This document shows positions 24,459-38,850 of a stretch of 64,000 bases of DNA, piece after piece. Made by a program: the position numbers and the translations under genes. Where the stretch lies: assembly GCA_951406725.2 (NCBI GenBank), contig OX597834.1, positions 1,302,001 through 1,366,000 on the forward strand, written 5' to 3'. The notes under the pieces were generated by a model. That model ran no database searches and was not told the DNA's origin. It saw only the letters and a program-made list of their open reading frames with translations. This DNA comes from Octopus vulgaris. Its lineage: Eukaryota. The stretch's first letter is position 1. Each line of letters begins with the position of its first letter.

Positions 24459-26689
24459 CGGCGAGGTTCTTGTTATTGATGACAATAATGATGATGATGA
24501 AGTTTAGCCCCAGGTCAGACTGACTGAGCAGATCTACGATCAAAGACAATCAATTATGGCAATCAATTTCCTCTCTCATCTCAAACGTAGAGTATCAAGG
24601 ACTGCATTATCTGATTTGATGTGATTTCCTTTCTTTGATAGGGAACAAAGTGTGATTTGAGAGAGATGTAGTTATTTCTAGCAGGTTTTCTCACCACATA
24701 CAACTTTTCCTCGTCGTCGTCGTCAGAGGCGGAGGAGGTGGTGTAGTAAGGCGACAAGGTGAGAGTATGGCTTGATTCTAGATGGTCGTTAGACTGTCTT
24801 GTCTAGCCACACATGGCTACTCAATTCGTATCTGATTTATTCCCCGCCTTTGAAAGGTCCTCAAAGAATTGACCTACACTCCTCACGTCTGCAACTGAAA
24901 GCGGAACAATTGTCTTCGATGTTATAATTATTTCAATGGACTGTTCCAAATAAATGGTCTGTCAGTGCTTTTCTTTAGTTTGGCATTAAATTCGTTGGTT
25001 TTGCGTGAAGTTCTGCAACGGTAATGGATATTAATGGAACCCATAATTTCTTTGAGATCTTTCAAAAGATCTCTTGCAGAAAAATTGATAATGCTAAGAA
25101 ACAACTGAATTAAGTAACAACATCTTGTCCTGATCACGGAATGATATTTGGTCAAAAGAAATATTCATATCTGAGAGTTGAACGCGAAAAAAAAAAGACG
25201 ATTTCCTAAACCTAAAACCTTCATTTCAAAGCTCTTTCCTCTCTGCTCTATACAATGGTTGTGTCAAATACCTAGGTATTGGTGAAAATATACAAGATGA
25301 TGTGATCAAAGACGAAGTAATCACTGAATATGGCACCAAACTTTAAAAAATATATCAATCAGAGTTATCCCCTAACAAGAAAATATCCCACAACCATTTT
25401 GCCCTCAAAACAACCCTTTTAGTTTTGTGAAAAGTAAAAGGTTTAATAATGTAGTAGTGGATAGATTGTAGGAAATAAGATGGGATGATCACGGTTGGAA
25501 TATACGTCTGTTGGATCAAAGCTGGCCTGGGGCTAACCTACTGCAGTAAGGAATGACACATAAGCTAATGTAGTCCAAGATGTACTACAGTCACAGCTTG
25601 AACATGTTTGATCCTAATTCTACGAGATCAGGAACAACACTAACGTGGAAGGTCATGTAACATGTTGTAGTCTTAGGAACACTATGACCAAATGAACTGG
25701 ATGGCCACGGATGGAACACATTTGATATTAGATCTGAGTTTCGGTTAAACAACAAAAAGAAAGACCACATTAGATAATGTAGTCCAACATACACTGTCTG
25801 AATAAAAGATGGAATGGTCATGGTTGGAACATCTGTCTGCCCTCTCAAATTTGGCATGTAGCGAAGTAAAAAGAACAACACTTGAGAATTTGTACAGATT
25901 CGTTCTATATGCTAGAAATAGTAGCCATATTAATTTTGAATCACTTCTTCTCTTCATAAAAAAAATGGGTCAGATTTACGATATCTTCCTGGATGTCTAA
26001 AATAAGAAGAGGTTGGGGTTTATACGATTGTTTGATGAGAACTCATTGCGAGTTAAACAACAACAACAACAACAACAGCAGCAGTAACAACCGCATCAAC
26101 ATTCAAACATGGTCGACTGTTGTTATTAAAAATAAACATTTAAATGGCATTGATATATGAGCGCCTTTGTGATACGTCCACATCAGCAGAGCGCTCATTA
26201 AAAACTATAGAAATTTGAAATAATCACTGACGGCAGCTCGAGATTTCAACAAGTTGCAGATGAAAAACAAGTACAAGAGAAGAAAGAGCTTTCAAAGTGA
26301 AGTATTAATCGTGATAGCATGAAAACATCACGGAATTTTCTTGTCAGGTTTTTCTGTAACCTGAAGGATGTTAATCATTCTGCCTTGAGGTGTTTCACTC
26401 TGGAAAGTTTACTTACCAATAGAGGAACGCAGCATGAAAACTAAAATGTTCACAATATTGAAAAGACATTTAATTCTTTGCTTTCGGATTTCGTGCAGTG
26501 CGAGCGTATTGGCAGTCTTAAAGAATTGTGAAAATAACACCAATTTCTAAACGACATAACACACACGGAAAGAAAAACAAAGCCACTCAAATTTTGAACT
26601 ACTTTCGGAAAACGATCGAAAGTTCAGGAATCCTGATGAAAATGAATGGATCTTATACGTGTGTAGGTTCGATGCACGAGTAGTGCTAC

Positions 26690-27260
26690 CGAAAATTTGG
26701 GGTACGTTCCTATGATTCCTTCTGTACCAAATCTCAATATATATATATGCTTTCTGAGGACCATATTTTTTTTTATCTTCTTATATTTCCTGGCTTCACT
26801 TCTATGTTACAGATTCATCAACCCTCTGTATCTTTTGATAATGTAATTCCTAAGACAATGGTTTCTTTATATTCTTAGCATATCGTTTTTCAGATCGTCC
26901 ACAAAGAACAAATTACTAAGCTGATGTGTCCTGTCTTTCTTTGACTAAGGAACGTATTCCACCATATTTTCTTACCAGAAACGACAGCGAGTTCACAGAG
27001 ACAAAAGTATCCCCCACCAAATTTTAACTCCGTGATCGATACTACGTTCCATCAATAACGAGAGAACCACTTCCCGATACCATTATCACCTTGATAATGG
27101 TATCGGGATCTTTAGCAAATGGAAGGAACCAGTAAAGGAGACAGTCAAATGCTTTCTTGTAATCTATCAGGTTTCTATCAGGTTCCTCCTCTACCGCTGT
27201 ACATCTGGTGTTGGTTTTGTTCATCAAGAGTTGTTCAGTACATCTACAGACGTTTACAAG
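26690..27260 (-). mobile_element. Degenerate RT fragment of an RLE-type non-LTR retrotransposon
   Basis: CTEQLLMNK, IDYKKAFD and HQLSNLFFVDDLK on the minus strand. Confidence 0.8.
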
Positions 27261-27734
27261 TAATGTGATATCGTGTACAGATATATATGTATGGACACAA
27301 ATGGTGGATTAGTTGAATCGGTAGAGAGGCTGATAGAGAGCACGCAGCTAATTGTAACCGTTTCTCTACGGTTTAAGCAGTTACACCGAGGTCATATCCA
27401 TACGAGTATATGTATATATGTATATACATATACATATATGTGTGTGTGTGTGCGTATATATATATGCATATTGAGAGATACAGATATACATACACACAGA
27501 CACATATGTAAATACATACGAAAAGGCTTGCATCTAATCTTCTTTAGGTGTATAACTGCACACCATACTTGTGTGTATGCATCGAGAGCGCAACCAACAC
27601 ACCAACCCAACCACCGGGGATTCTCTTTACTCAAAAAGTAGTTTTGTTAGCAACCGGCTTAAACTCTCTCAAGAACTTTAAGAAAACTCAAAAGAAAAAC
27701 ATACACACATATATATATACATATATATACAAAC

Positions 27735-27850
27735 AAAAATACCTTGTTACTGACGTTGAAATTCCACTGAAGAAGCCTTGGATCTAGGTTAGAAACCGGC
27801 TCTTTCTCAATTGGCTCTTCTTATGAAATAAAACTGAACAAGGACATATA
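27735..27850 (+). mobile_element. 3' UTR of a (CATA)n-tailed retroelement
   Basis: GAAATTCCACTGAAGAAGCCTTGGATCTAGGTTAGAAACCGGCTCTTTCTC...GAAATAAAACTGAA, homologous to 59310-59410(-). Confidence 0.6.
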
Positions 27851-27859
27851 TACATATCT

Positions 27860-28165
27860 TCCAATGAGGCACGATGCGGCGACCAGAACACTCTGGAACA
27901 GAATAACAAAAACGAAAACACCTATAGATGAAGTTAATCATTTTAAAACCGATGGATCGAAAGAATATTGGTGGAACTTTAAAAGGCAGTCATCGAGTTA
28001 AAACATTCCGGCCAAATATAGTCGTGTAGGACCGAAAGAAAAACGTATGTCCTGCCGCGGACATCAGCGGCCACCAATGGACACCAATGTGGTCAGAAAA
28101 ATACTAGGGTATCTATAGAACATCGAGAAGATGCTTGCAAATCCAGTGGCCAAAATACACATTCA

Positions 28166-28210
<45 letters not shown>

Positions 28211-28445
28211 GGAGCAACAGGATCATACTAACCCTTCTGAAGCAAAGCGTAGCGTAATCTGGGATCTTGGGAGGAAAACATAAATTCTTAATTGATACAC
28301 TAAAAATGATGAGGATATCTGAGCCTAGAGAAATCTGCAAAACCCCTTAAAGGATGATGAACACAACAAGATGCTTTCCTTCACAACCTGGTTACCAAGC
28401 AAATGGCCGGTCAAACTTTACTCTACACTGAAACGAGAGAACATA
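27860..28445 (+). mobile_element. Degenerate 3' end of an RLE-type LINE ending in CATA repeats
   Basis: MRHDAATRTLWN, KEYWWN, RPNIVV*DRK...C..ADIS, EICKTP, then GAGAGAA(CATA)n. Confidence 0.65.
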
Positions 28446-28471
28446 CATATATACATCCATACATACATAAA

Positions 28472-29450
28472 TCTATATATATAAAACTCAACTTGTGTGT
28501 CTGTGTGTGTATCTGTGTGTGTGTATGTGTGTTTAACTTCCCGGCACATCTCCTCTTAGCCAACAAATCGTAGAACCACCAAAGATGGGTCACTTAAAGT
28601 TTAAGCGAATGAAAATTGAACTGCGCTATTTCTGTTCCGAAATTCATCTCGCAAGTGCAAAAATCGATAATGTGTTTGTTTAGGCCTATCCCATGCATTG
28701 AATAGTGAACTTTACTCAGTCAGCTGTTTGACATGAACTGTGTTCACCACGCGTGCAAGCATGCGTAAATTATATGAAAAATAATAAATCAAGATATAAA
28801 AACGAATCGCCGTAAACATTGTAGAAATTCGGCAAAGAAATGAATTTTCGGGATGTAGCCTGGAGGACTTTGGACTTTGTGAACACATACCAATTGTTTT
28901 CATAATATTTTTAACGCTTTGAATTAAATGTGACCATTTTGCGTTGAGTCTGTAGTTTGAATCACTTTAACCAAATTTTAGCAGGCTGGATTTTTATCAT
29001 CACGATACATCGCCAGCGACTCCCTGAAACTCTTCCCTGAAATCCCCGTTGAGAAATCTATATATATAAAACTCAACTTGTGTGTGTGTTTAACTTTTGG
29101 ATCTACCAAGTTCCATTATTAAGGATGGAAAGTAGTGTGTAGCAAATCTATATGTATATAAAGCTGAAGTTGTCTGTGTGTCGCAGGTTTGGTAGCCTTC
29201 AACTAACACTATCTCCTTCGAGACCCTGCAGCGCAAGTTGACCAAAATTGAGAGTATGATGATAGGCTTGCTCTTCATTCTGTAGAAGATAAAATTCAAA
29301 TCGGACCATGTTAGCACCAAAAATTATTTACATCAAAACGGTGCTTTTTCTATGAAAATCCCTATTTTTTACGACTTTTGACTGCTGTGTCACCATTTTT
29401 CGGTGTATTTCAACTGGAAAAATGTTCTCTTGAAGAGAATAACAAGTTGC
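28472..29450 (+). mobile_element. Cluster of Helitron-like non-autonomous 5' ends
   Basis: A|TCTATATATATAAAACTCAACTTGTGTGT at 28472 and 29057, and A|TCTATATGTATATAAAGCTGAAGTTGTCTGTGTG at 29147. No clear 3' hairpin/CTRR end found. Confidence 0.4.
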
Positions 29451-29484
29451 ATAAAGCAACAGTTTTTCATACATATTCAATACA

Positions 29485-29935
29485 TTACATACATACATAC
29501 ATGCATGCATGCATACATACATACATACATACATACATACATACATACATACATACATACATACATACATACGTACATACATACATACATACATACATAC
29601 ATACATACATACATACATACATACATACATACATACATACATACATACATACATACATACATACATACATACATACATACATACATACATACATACATAC
29701 ATACATACATACATACATACATACATACATAGAGAAATACATACATACATACATACATACACACATGCATACATACATACATACATACATACATACATAC
29801 ATACAGAAACACATACATACATACATAGAGAAATACATACATACATACATACATACATACATACATACATACATACATACATACATACATACATACATAC
29901 TCCATACATACATACATACATACATACTCCATACA
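29485..29935. repeat. (CATA)n microsatellite
   Basis: Directly visible. Confidence 0.97.
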
Positions 29936-30723
29936 TATTGAGGATTTCTATATATTAGCAGGAAACTACTCGGTTAATAATAATTACTTCACAAATGTGG
30001 AATTTTTCATTCAATACTAACAAACCAGTCTTTCGACATCCGCAAAATTGCAAAATAGATGTGTGGGCATGCGCGAGCGGACGTGTGTGTGCATGCGCGC
30101 GCGTGCGTGTGTGTGAGTGTGTATACACATATATGCATATGCAAATATATATATATATATATATACACACACTTTTTATACAGATACATATACATGTACT
30201 TATACAAAAAATATATATGTGGGTTTGTATATATGTATGTGTGTATGTATGCATGTATGCGTGTGTATGTATTTTTGCATGTATGTATGTATGTATATAA
30301 TTGCGTAAATTGAATTATCGGCGAAGTAGAAGATGGCGAACGATACAGTAAAATCTTGCATCCTACCAAGTGGCTACTTGACAGAAAGAAAGAATCAAAG
30401 CTCTTCTCTACAATTTCTGTCGGTCCGATAACTCCTCCATAGCTACAGCTATTAACAAATCGCCTTATGACGTCATCGAGCGACGACTCAAATGGCCGAT
30501 ATCAAACGAAAAGAATTATGTCCCGGATGTGCGTCCGTATCTGTTAGTGAAATGTATGGGTAGAGGATATCTATATATGTGTGTGTGTGTGTGTATACAC
30601 ATATGTATGTATGTACATACACACATATACAAATACATACATACATATGCATATACAAATACATACATATATATAAACGATATACATAAATATATGCAAT
30701 TATGTTTATATACATACACACAC

Positions 30724-30783
<60 letters not shown>

Positions 30784-30889
30784 ATACAGATGCATAATAT
30801 AATATTATATATAAAATATAAAAATATGTGTGTGTATATATATACTTTTATACTTTGTATATATATGTATGCATGTATATGTAAATATA

Positions 30890-30947
<58 letters not shown>

Positions 30948-31699
30948 TGTATAAATATATACATTTATATATGTATCTATGAATGTATGTATGTATGTAT
31001 GCATTAATATATGCATGTATGTATATATGTTTACATGTACCTATGCGCAAATCGGTACATACATGTATAGATATGTATAGATATGTATATCCATATGCAT
31101 ATATATGTACATGTATATGAGTGTGCATGCATTTGTGGCTTTTGGCAAACCTGAGCTAATTGCTACCCTTCTCCCCCACCTCTCTCTCTCTCTCTTTCTC
31201 TTCTCTCTCTCTTTCTTCTCTCTCTCTGTTTATCTCTGTCTATCTATCTTTCTATCCGTCTCCCTCGCCAAAATGCCCAATCCAACTGTGGTGCCAGTCT
31301 TCTGGATTTACTGACTCCCCAAAGACTTTCCGAAACGCAGGAGTCCTTTCATCTGTTCTTGCTTGACGACTTCAAAATATCAGTGATATCACAGCTATTA
31401 CTGCTGGAATATCATCACAAATGATATCACATGCAATCTAAAGACAGACACATAAAAAAAAACTGAATGAAATATGATTATTGAAGTCTTATATCTACAT
31501 CCCGTCCACGTTGTCAAGCATGGAAACACTTATATCTGTAGCATCCGCATTAATTGTATAGTTCCACAAAGGAAACAATGAAAAAGAAGTGCTCAATGCA
31601 TGTAGAGGCTATGTTTTTTTATTGAATCTTGAGACACGAGACAAACTTCCGACTTCTGTTTCAAAAGAACTATATAACTACATATATTTCGCATAATCT

Positions 31700-31910
31700 A
31701 TTGATTTCCAATTTTGACACAAGGGAAACAATTTAGTGGATGGCGGTAAGTCTATTGCATTTACCCTGGGGCTCAACTTACTTATTTTATCAACTCCAAA
31801 TAGATGAAAGGCATAGTAGAACTCAGAGGAATTTGAACTCAGAATGTGAAGACGGACGAAATGCCGCTTAGAATTTTCTTCGCCATACTAAAGATTATGC
31901 CAGCTCACTA
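31700..31910 (-). mobile_element. SINE, abundant family (TTCTGAGTTCAAATTCC...GCCTTTCATC core)
   Basis: Reverse complement of the motif seen at 57238-57440. Confidence 0.7.
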
Positions 31911-31957
31911 CTTCATAACATACTATAATATAAAATATAATATTTTATATGTACACA

Positions 31958-32032
<75 letters not shown>

Positions 32033-32540
32033 ATACGTGTGTGTATGTGTGTGTGTGTGTGTATGTTTGAGTGTGTGTAGTTTATAGTGAAACTAGAACT
32101 AAATTTATTCTGCGATTAGGGCTTGACGCACCTGCAATTCCAGCTGTTCTCGCCTGAAGATTACAATGACGTGAAACTCGGATTGCAAGACAAACTGTCA
32201 TTTTCAATTTCGGTAGAAACCATATCCTTTACAGCATATATTGAACATTCCTATCCCCTTCGTCTGACATAAGTCAATGTACGTATATATGTGACTGCGG
32301 ATTAAATATGGCGTGGCTCTTGATGCATAAATCGGAGTATATAACATTAAAAGCCACATACCTGAAGCAATGAGCTTCTAATATGTAACCATGTAACTCT
32401 ACTTTTTCCATATGACTTTCATAAAATCAGACTTGTTATTTACATTTCTTTAGATGTCTTCGACATAGACCATTAAACTTATAGCTTATAAGCTGGAAAT
32501 TCCGTCATATATATACCCATAAATATATGTACACATACCC

Positions 32541-32621
<81 letters not shown>

Positions 32622-32857
32622 TGTTTCTTTATTAGCCACACCGGGCTGCACACAGATAGAACAAATTACAAGGTAGAGCTTTTCTTTTGAAGGGTTAAAA
32701 AAAAAAAAAAAAAAAAAAGGAAGGGGGAGTTTCGATCAAAAGGGATCGTAAAAGGAGAGAAAGAGGACAAAAAAAGGGGGGTTAAAAAAAAAGGGGGAGA
32801 GAAAAAAAATTGATCAATAGGGATCGTTATCACAGAAATGTCAATATGAAGTGTAAA

Positions 32858-32858
<1 letters not shown>
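32622..32858 (-). mobile_element. 5'-truncated 3' UTR of the GATA-associated Tx1-like LINE
   Basis: TTTCTTTATTAGCCACAC.GGGCTG...AGAGCTTTTCTTTT...CGATCAAAAGGGATCG...TATCACAGAAAT is shared with 51860-52020. Confidence 0.85.
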
Positions 32859-32893
<35 letters not shown>

Positions 32894-32900
32894 GTAGAGG

Positions 32901-32949
<49 letters not shown>

Positions 32950-32972
32950 GTAGGTAGGTAGATAACTTTCTT

Positions 32973-33170
<198 letters not shown>

Positions 33171-33229
33171 TGTTTCTTTATTAGCCACACAGGGCTGCAC
33201 ACAGATAGAACAAATTACAAGGTAGAGCT

Positions 33230-33230
<1 letters not shown>
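33171..33230 (-). mobile_element. 60-bp 3' end of the same Tx1-like LINE
   Basis: One mismatch from 32622-32681; GATA repeats on both sides. Confidence 0.8.
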
Positions 33231-33301
<71 letters not shown>

Positions 33302-33539
33302 AATTAAGACACATATATAAGTGGGGGAGACCAGAGTGGCGGTTAATTAAGTTAAGGTAATACTTCCAGGAATATTAGACAATATATTATAGAGTCTTTA
33401 GTCTTTACTATCAAATAATTCCAGACTCTAGTCATTATTAAGAATTTCAATAATCAGTATCCTCCTCTTTTCTCTTCCCTTGCTTCTCTCTCTCCCCGTC
33501 TCTTTCTCTTTGTATATATTTTCATATTTCCAAATATAC

Positions 33540-33582
<43 letters not shown>

Positions 33583-34008
33583 CACACACACACACACATA
33601 TACATATACATACAAAACCACCCCACACCCCCATACATACTAATACATATACACCACATACAACATACATTCATATATACAGATACATACACATTCTCTA
33701 AGTTTTCCAGGAGGAAGATCTTGATTATTTTAAAATCTTCATTAAAACGCTTATCGTTAGCTTTTTGAATCCGAATTAAATTTGAGTTGGAAATGAGAGG
33801 TTTAACAAAATATATCTTGGTTGCTCATCCTCCTCCACTCCCCACTCTTCCCTTATCTTCCTCATCATGAGAGTGAGGGAGCTATGGTTATTGTTTCTAT
33901 CCCAATGATCGAGACAGTCAAGACTCTACATTCTAGAGGCATGGCCACGAACATAACGTGTAGCAATGACGGTTTTTTGTAGGTAATGCTTTAATCGTTG
34001 TAGTAGTG

Positions 34009-34113
<105 letters not shown>

Positions 34114-34244
34114 ATACCGAACGAGATAACCTTTTATCCTTTCGATGGCGATAAAACAAGTACCAGTCGTATACTGGTGTCACTGTAATCGACTGATCAA
34201 TTCCTACTAAAATTGCTGGTCTTGCGCCACCATTCGAAACCAAT

Positions 34245-34460
34245 GGTGACGTGCTGGCCGGATCTTTAACGCGACGGATAAAATGCTTTTTGGCATTTTT
34301 TCCAGCTCTTTACATTCTGAGTTCAAATTCTACTGAAGTCGACTTTGCCTTTCATCTTTTCGGGGTCGGCAAAACAAAGTGCCCAGGTTAAACACTGGGG
34401 TCCATGTGACCGTCCAGAACCCTTCACCATAATTCAAAGCCTTGTTCCATTTAGAGGAAA
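34245..34460 (+). mobile_element. SINE, abundant family
   Basis: TTCTGAGTTCAAATTCTACTGAAGTCGACTTTGCCTTTCATCTTTTCGGGGTCG; a partial copy lies just upstream (34115-34240). Confidence 0.75.
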
Positions 34461-35203
34461 AAGCTTATCTCCAAGTCAGCTCTAATCGTACAGACTTACA
34501 ATGAAAGGCAATCCAGATGAGAGTACCCCGCTTGAGAGAAGGGAGAGCTATTTTTCGGACACGCTTCATTCAATGTATCCTTTATTTACGAGACTGGGGA
34601 GATTCATTTAACGCAAATCTGACTGCTGGTTCTAGAAAGTCGAGCAACAACATCGAAATTGTTGTTTCGTCTATTTTGATTCTTCTAAGTGCCTAAGTGA
34701 CATTTTTTTTTTTCATTCAGTGAAGTTGAAACAATATTCAAAAATGGCTGCCACTGGAAAACGAAACGTAATTTACGATATTTTTGTTATTTATAAATCA
34801 AAATATTGTTTTCTTTGTTTAAATTTAATTTCTCTTTTTTGGGGAATTCAATTTATTTTATTTGACGCAGGAAAATAATCCAGGAATATTTACAAATATA
34901 GGGCTTAGGGATTTAGAATTAGAGGGAATACACACAGATATATACACACACGTAGACACACACATGCATACACATACACATATACATATACTTGTGCACG
35001 CACATACACACCTACTCACACACACACACACAAAGATATTTCTCTTTGGAGACATACACACTGAATCAGGATTGTAACAAATCACTTTTTTTTTCGGTGT
35101 TTAATCGATTAGTCTTGTAAAATCGATAAACGCTGAATGTTGACTTTCCTTTCTCCGCCAGAAGTAAACGAAAGCAAAGAGCGTTAAAATGGCTACCAGC
35201 CAT

Positions 35204-35241
<38 letters not shown>

Positions 35242-35424
35242 TGGTCACTATCGTCGTCGTCATCGTCCTCATAATCAGCATCATCGTCATGACGACAACA
35301 AACACGATGTTGACGACGATGATAATGATGATTGTGATGACAACGGCGCTGATTATAATGACGGTGGTGGCGTTTTGAATAACGACACTGCTGAAACTGA
35401 TGATGATGATGATGATGATGATCT

Positions 35425-35760
35425 TTCTTCTTTTTTATCTTCGGTCATTAGACTGCGGCTATGCTGGAGCACTATCTTGAAGAATGTTTATGTATCGACC
35501 CCAAACTTATTTTCTTTTATAAGCCTAGTACATATTCTACCGGTCACTTATGCCGAACCACTAAGTTACAGGGACATAAACACTGGTGTGTTTACGTCCC
35601 CGTTTGTCAAGCGGTGGTGGCCAACAAACAGACACAAAGTTTCCTTTGGTCAACCCGCGGCCATAGTAAAACATATTTGCTGAAGGTGTCATGTAGCGGG
35701 CTGAACCCGGAACCATGCAGTTTGGAGATAAACTTCATACCACACAGCTACGCATGCGCC
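35425..35760 (-). mobile_element. tRNA-derived SINE (family of 44515-45055), diverged
   Basis: GCGGCTATGCTGGAGCAC...TCGACCCC...GCCGAACCACTAAGTTAC...CTGAACCCGGAACCATG...CCACACAGC. Confidence 0.75.
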
Positions 35761-35877
35761 TATAACTGTGATTATCATTATTATTATTACTATTATCATT
35801 ATCGTTGCTGTTATTTTTATGGTTGTTGTTATCATTTATAAATTTATTACCGTCATTATTATTATTATTACTATCAA

Positions 35878-35931
<54 letters not shown>

Positions 35932-37249
35932 TTTCATTAACAATATCATCACTGTCATCATTACCATTATTATAGTCAGAAGGGAGGAAAGAAAGAAAGA
36001 AAGAAATAGAGGATGCGTGGTAACGATTGTATTTATTACGTGGTGACGACGGTGATGTTGTTGTTGTTATTGTTTGTGAAGACAGGATGGGGGTAGAGGG
36101 AGCGGAGCTGATAATGTGGAAAGGCGGGAAGATTTCGTGCAATTTTCCGGGGAATAATTGGAGATAGAAGAATTGTAGAAAAGATGTAATGTGTAAGTAT
36201 GAGAGGTAAATGATTGACAAGAGGGTGGAGAATATTGTTATTGGAACGGAATGAAAAGAATGAAGAGGAAACGCTTTTACTCTGGAATTTAATGTCCGCC
36301 ATTGAATTAGAGAAACAGCACGGATATAATCACGGCATTGTGATGAGGATGCTGTCTCTGGTCTTTTGAAAAATTAAATAGCCTCGACCTATCAAAGCAA
36401 AAAGAAACATTGGGATGCTGCGAACGTTAGCGATGCTGCGAACGTTAGCGATGCTGGTTGAAATGGGAACGAAGATCTTCCAGCTCCCAGCTACCGACCA
36501 GAGACTACTTCTCTGCTAATAACTCGAAAAATAGGGGGGTTCGAGAAAGAAACAGCCATAGGACTGGAAATATTTTGACAAAACAACAACAATAACAATG
36601 ATAATACTGATTGTATATTTTTGCTTGTTGATTTAACAATGGTAGCCCAGAATTACAGCTTTATTTTATTTATTCATTATGATGTTGTATCTGCGTGATG
36701 TGAATTCCGGCAGGATTGGATGAATAAATGTGAATATTTCTCTAATGAGAAAGTATTTATGGAATATCATCCTTTGTATTTAGTTTCAATGAAACCCCTA
36801 TGCGTCAGTTGGTCGAGTCGATACAGTGTTGAGCTAAAAGTAATTGGATTCCGAGTTCGAATCTAGTGTTAGTATTTCACGGTGTTTTCTGTATTTTCGT
36901 TTTATTTCATCCGCAATTTGTCGTACAATTTCACGCGTCTAATACAGTGAATTGAAAACATTCGATCAATTGAAATTATTGGAACAATTAATAACTATAA
37001 ACCTCTCTGAGAATTTTCAAAATCTGTAGAAATAAATTATCTGATATATCATCAATTTTAAATTCGATTTATATATCAATTTTCTTTCGTTCTACACACC
37101 AACAAACAATAAACCTCTTCCGATATTGTTGGGCGAAATGTGTGTGACTCAGTGTTCTAAAAACACGTTAAATGAATTTTGCTGTATTTGAAATATATGG
37201 CAGCTAACAGCGACCCAAAATTAGGTGAAATACAGAGAATGTGCGTATT

Positions 37250-37620
37250 TTGAAACTGGTGCTTGTTTGCTTCATGCTCTTGCTTGGTGAGGCTGGAGTC
37301 ATGCCAGATTATATGGTCCCAGAAGCGTCATTCTGCGAAGAGCTGCCCAGGTCCACCAATGAATTCCACCGCTGACCGTCGCATGAGGACTCTTCTGCAT
37401 CTTCCAAGATCGCGTCGAGCCACTGGAGATTTTCCTTAATCACGTCATGTCATCCGATCTCTTCCAGCCCGCTGCAGCTGTGTTGAATGAGAGTATGGCT
37501 GGAGGTTGAGGACATGTCCGTATCAGCGCATGCTGAGGATAGCTATGAGTTGGAGGCTGCGGGCTGACGAGCGCACGCACGCAGTTCTTTGTTGGAAACG
37601 TGTTTCAAACCGGTGGAACC
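37250..37620 (-). mobile_element. RTE-clade LINE 3' end (degenerate)
   Basis: HVSNKELR...QP, R*YGHVL, RDVIKENL, DGQRWNSLV on the minus strand. Confidence 0.7.
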
Positions 37621-38389
37621 CTCAATCAACAAATGATTTCCCATTTAGTTTAATGTGTCTCGTAATTTGAAAAGAGAACCAAGTTTGATTTTGTAATTTT
37701 GCTACCTCTGTCTTTGTTGAAATTGAGAGAGCTTACAGTCTGAGAACAAGACAGAGATATTAAGATAATCCTTCCAGGAATATTAGACAGAATATTAATA
37801 CAGTTTTTAACGTTTATTATTGCTGACATCGGTGAAGACCAGAGATGCTTTTCTCCAAGCAGAAACTGTAAGAGCTACTCTTTTAAATCCATTGCAATGT
37901 TAGAATCCTTTCCGTATTGTCAGCCGGTACCTCAGAGTCACAACTGTTTCACTCCTTAGCCAGTACGCTTCACCTGAATGGGGCAGTGAGTCTGTCCTCC
38001 TACAAGGGCACTGGGAGTACAACCTCGATGATTTCTTTTTGTACTCCTATAGAGCAGAAACATATCTATTCGGAATGATGTTACCGCTCTCTCCTCTGCG
38101 AAGACAGCCGTATTATCGGCTGTCATTTGTAAATCCATTACTTTTCACTTCAGACCATGACGTCACAAATATGTCTGTATATGATACGTACTTGTAACAA
38201 ATTAATTGATATTGATCAATCAATCGCCATTCAATAGACAGTTTCAAACATTGACGTCATTGACACGTGACTGTTATGTATTTCCAGCAGGATGTTTAAT
38301 AATTGCCAATCAGTCATTTCTGTGGGTTTGATAGTTTCTAACTTTGACATCAACAGAACAGGTTCAGTCTTATGTCCAACACAGTCTTC

Positions 38390-38850
38390 CATACTGTTTC
38401 AAAGTTTGGTATAAGGATAACAATTGTAGTGGGATTGGATAAGCTGGTTCCTTCGACCCCAGTGCCCAACTGGTACTTTATTTTATCGAGCCTGAAAGGA
38501 TGAGAGTCACAGTCTTCGTCGGCGGAATTTGAACTCAGAACGTAGAGAACCGGAAGAAATCTCACAAAGCATTTAATCCGACGGGTTAACAATGTTTGCC
38601 ATCTCGCCGCCTTGGCAGATTCTTTAATATTAGTTTCAAATTTCTGTCACCAGGCCAACAATTTCGGGGAAGGGAGCGAGATCGAAACATCTACCCCAGT
38701 ACACAACTGGTACTTATTTTACCAACCCCGAAGAAAGATGAAAGGCAAAGTCAACCTCAGCGGAATTTGAACTCGGAACGTAAAGACGGACGAAATGCCG
38801 CTAAGCATTTTGTCCCTTGTGCTAATATTTCTGGCAGCTGGCTGCCTTGA
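38390..38850 (-). mobile_element. Two tandem SINE copies, abundant family
   Basis: Each has CCCCAGT...AACTGGTACTTATTTTA...GGCGGAATTTGAACTC.GAACGTA (38390-38615 and 38640-38850). Confidence 0.78.

Noticed and set aside
24850-25250. Possible hAT transposase remnant (TIVPLSVADVRS) on the minus strand
   Set aside because: One weak motif and no TIRs.
27764-27805. CTGAAGA...GAAACCGG hammerhead-like motif
   Set aside because: No stem I pairing, and the homologous copy at 59310-59410 reads AATGAAAGAG with no CTGA core; better explained as a LINE 3' UTR hairpin.
32150-32190. CTGAAGA-TTACAATGACGT-GAAACTCGG hammerhead-like motif
   Set aside because: Stems II and III pair poorly; at best a decayed remnant.
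35189-35683. Poly-Gln/His/Asp ORF resembling a transcription factor
   Set aside because: Built from CAG/GAT microsatellites and runs into a SINE; no domain or splice support.
36412-36456. 18-bp tandem repeat GATGCTGCGAACGTTAGC (about 2.4 copies)
   Set aside because: Ordinary local duplication with no further structure.
36790-36870. tRNA-like sequence with A/B boxes
   Set aside because: No acceptor-stem or cloverleaf pairing; likely a decayed SINE head. No true tRNA gene was found in the window.
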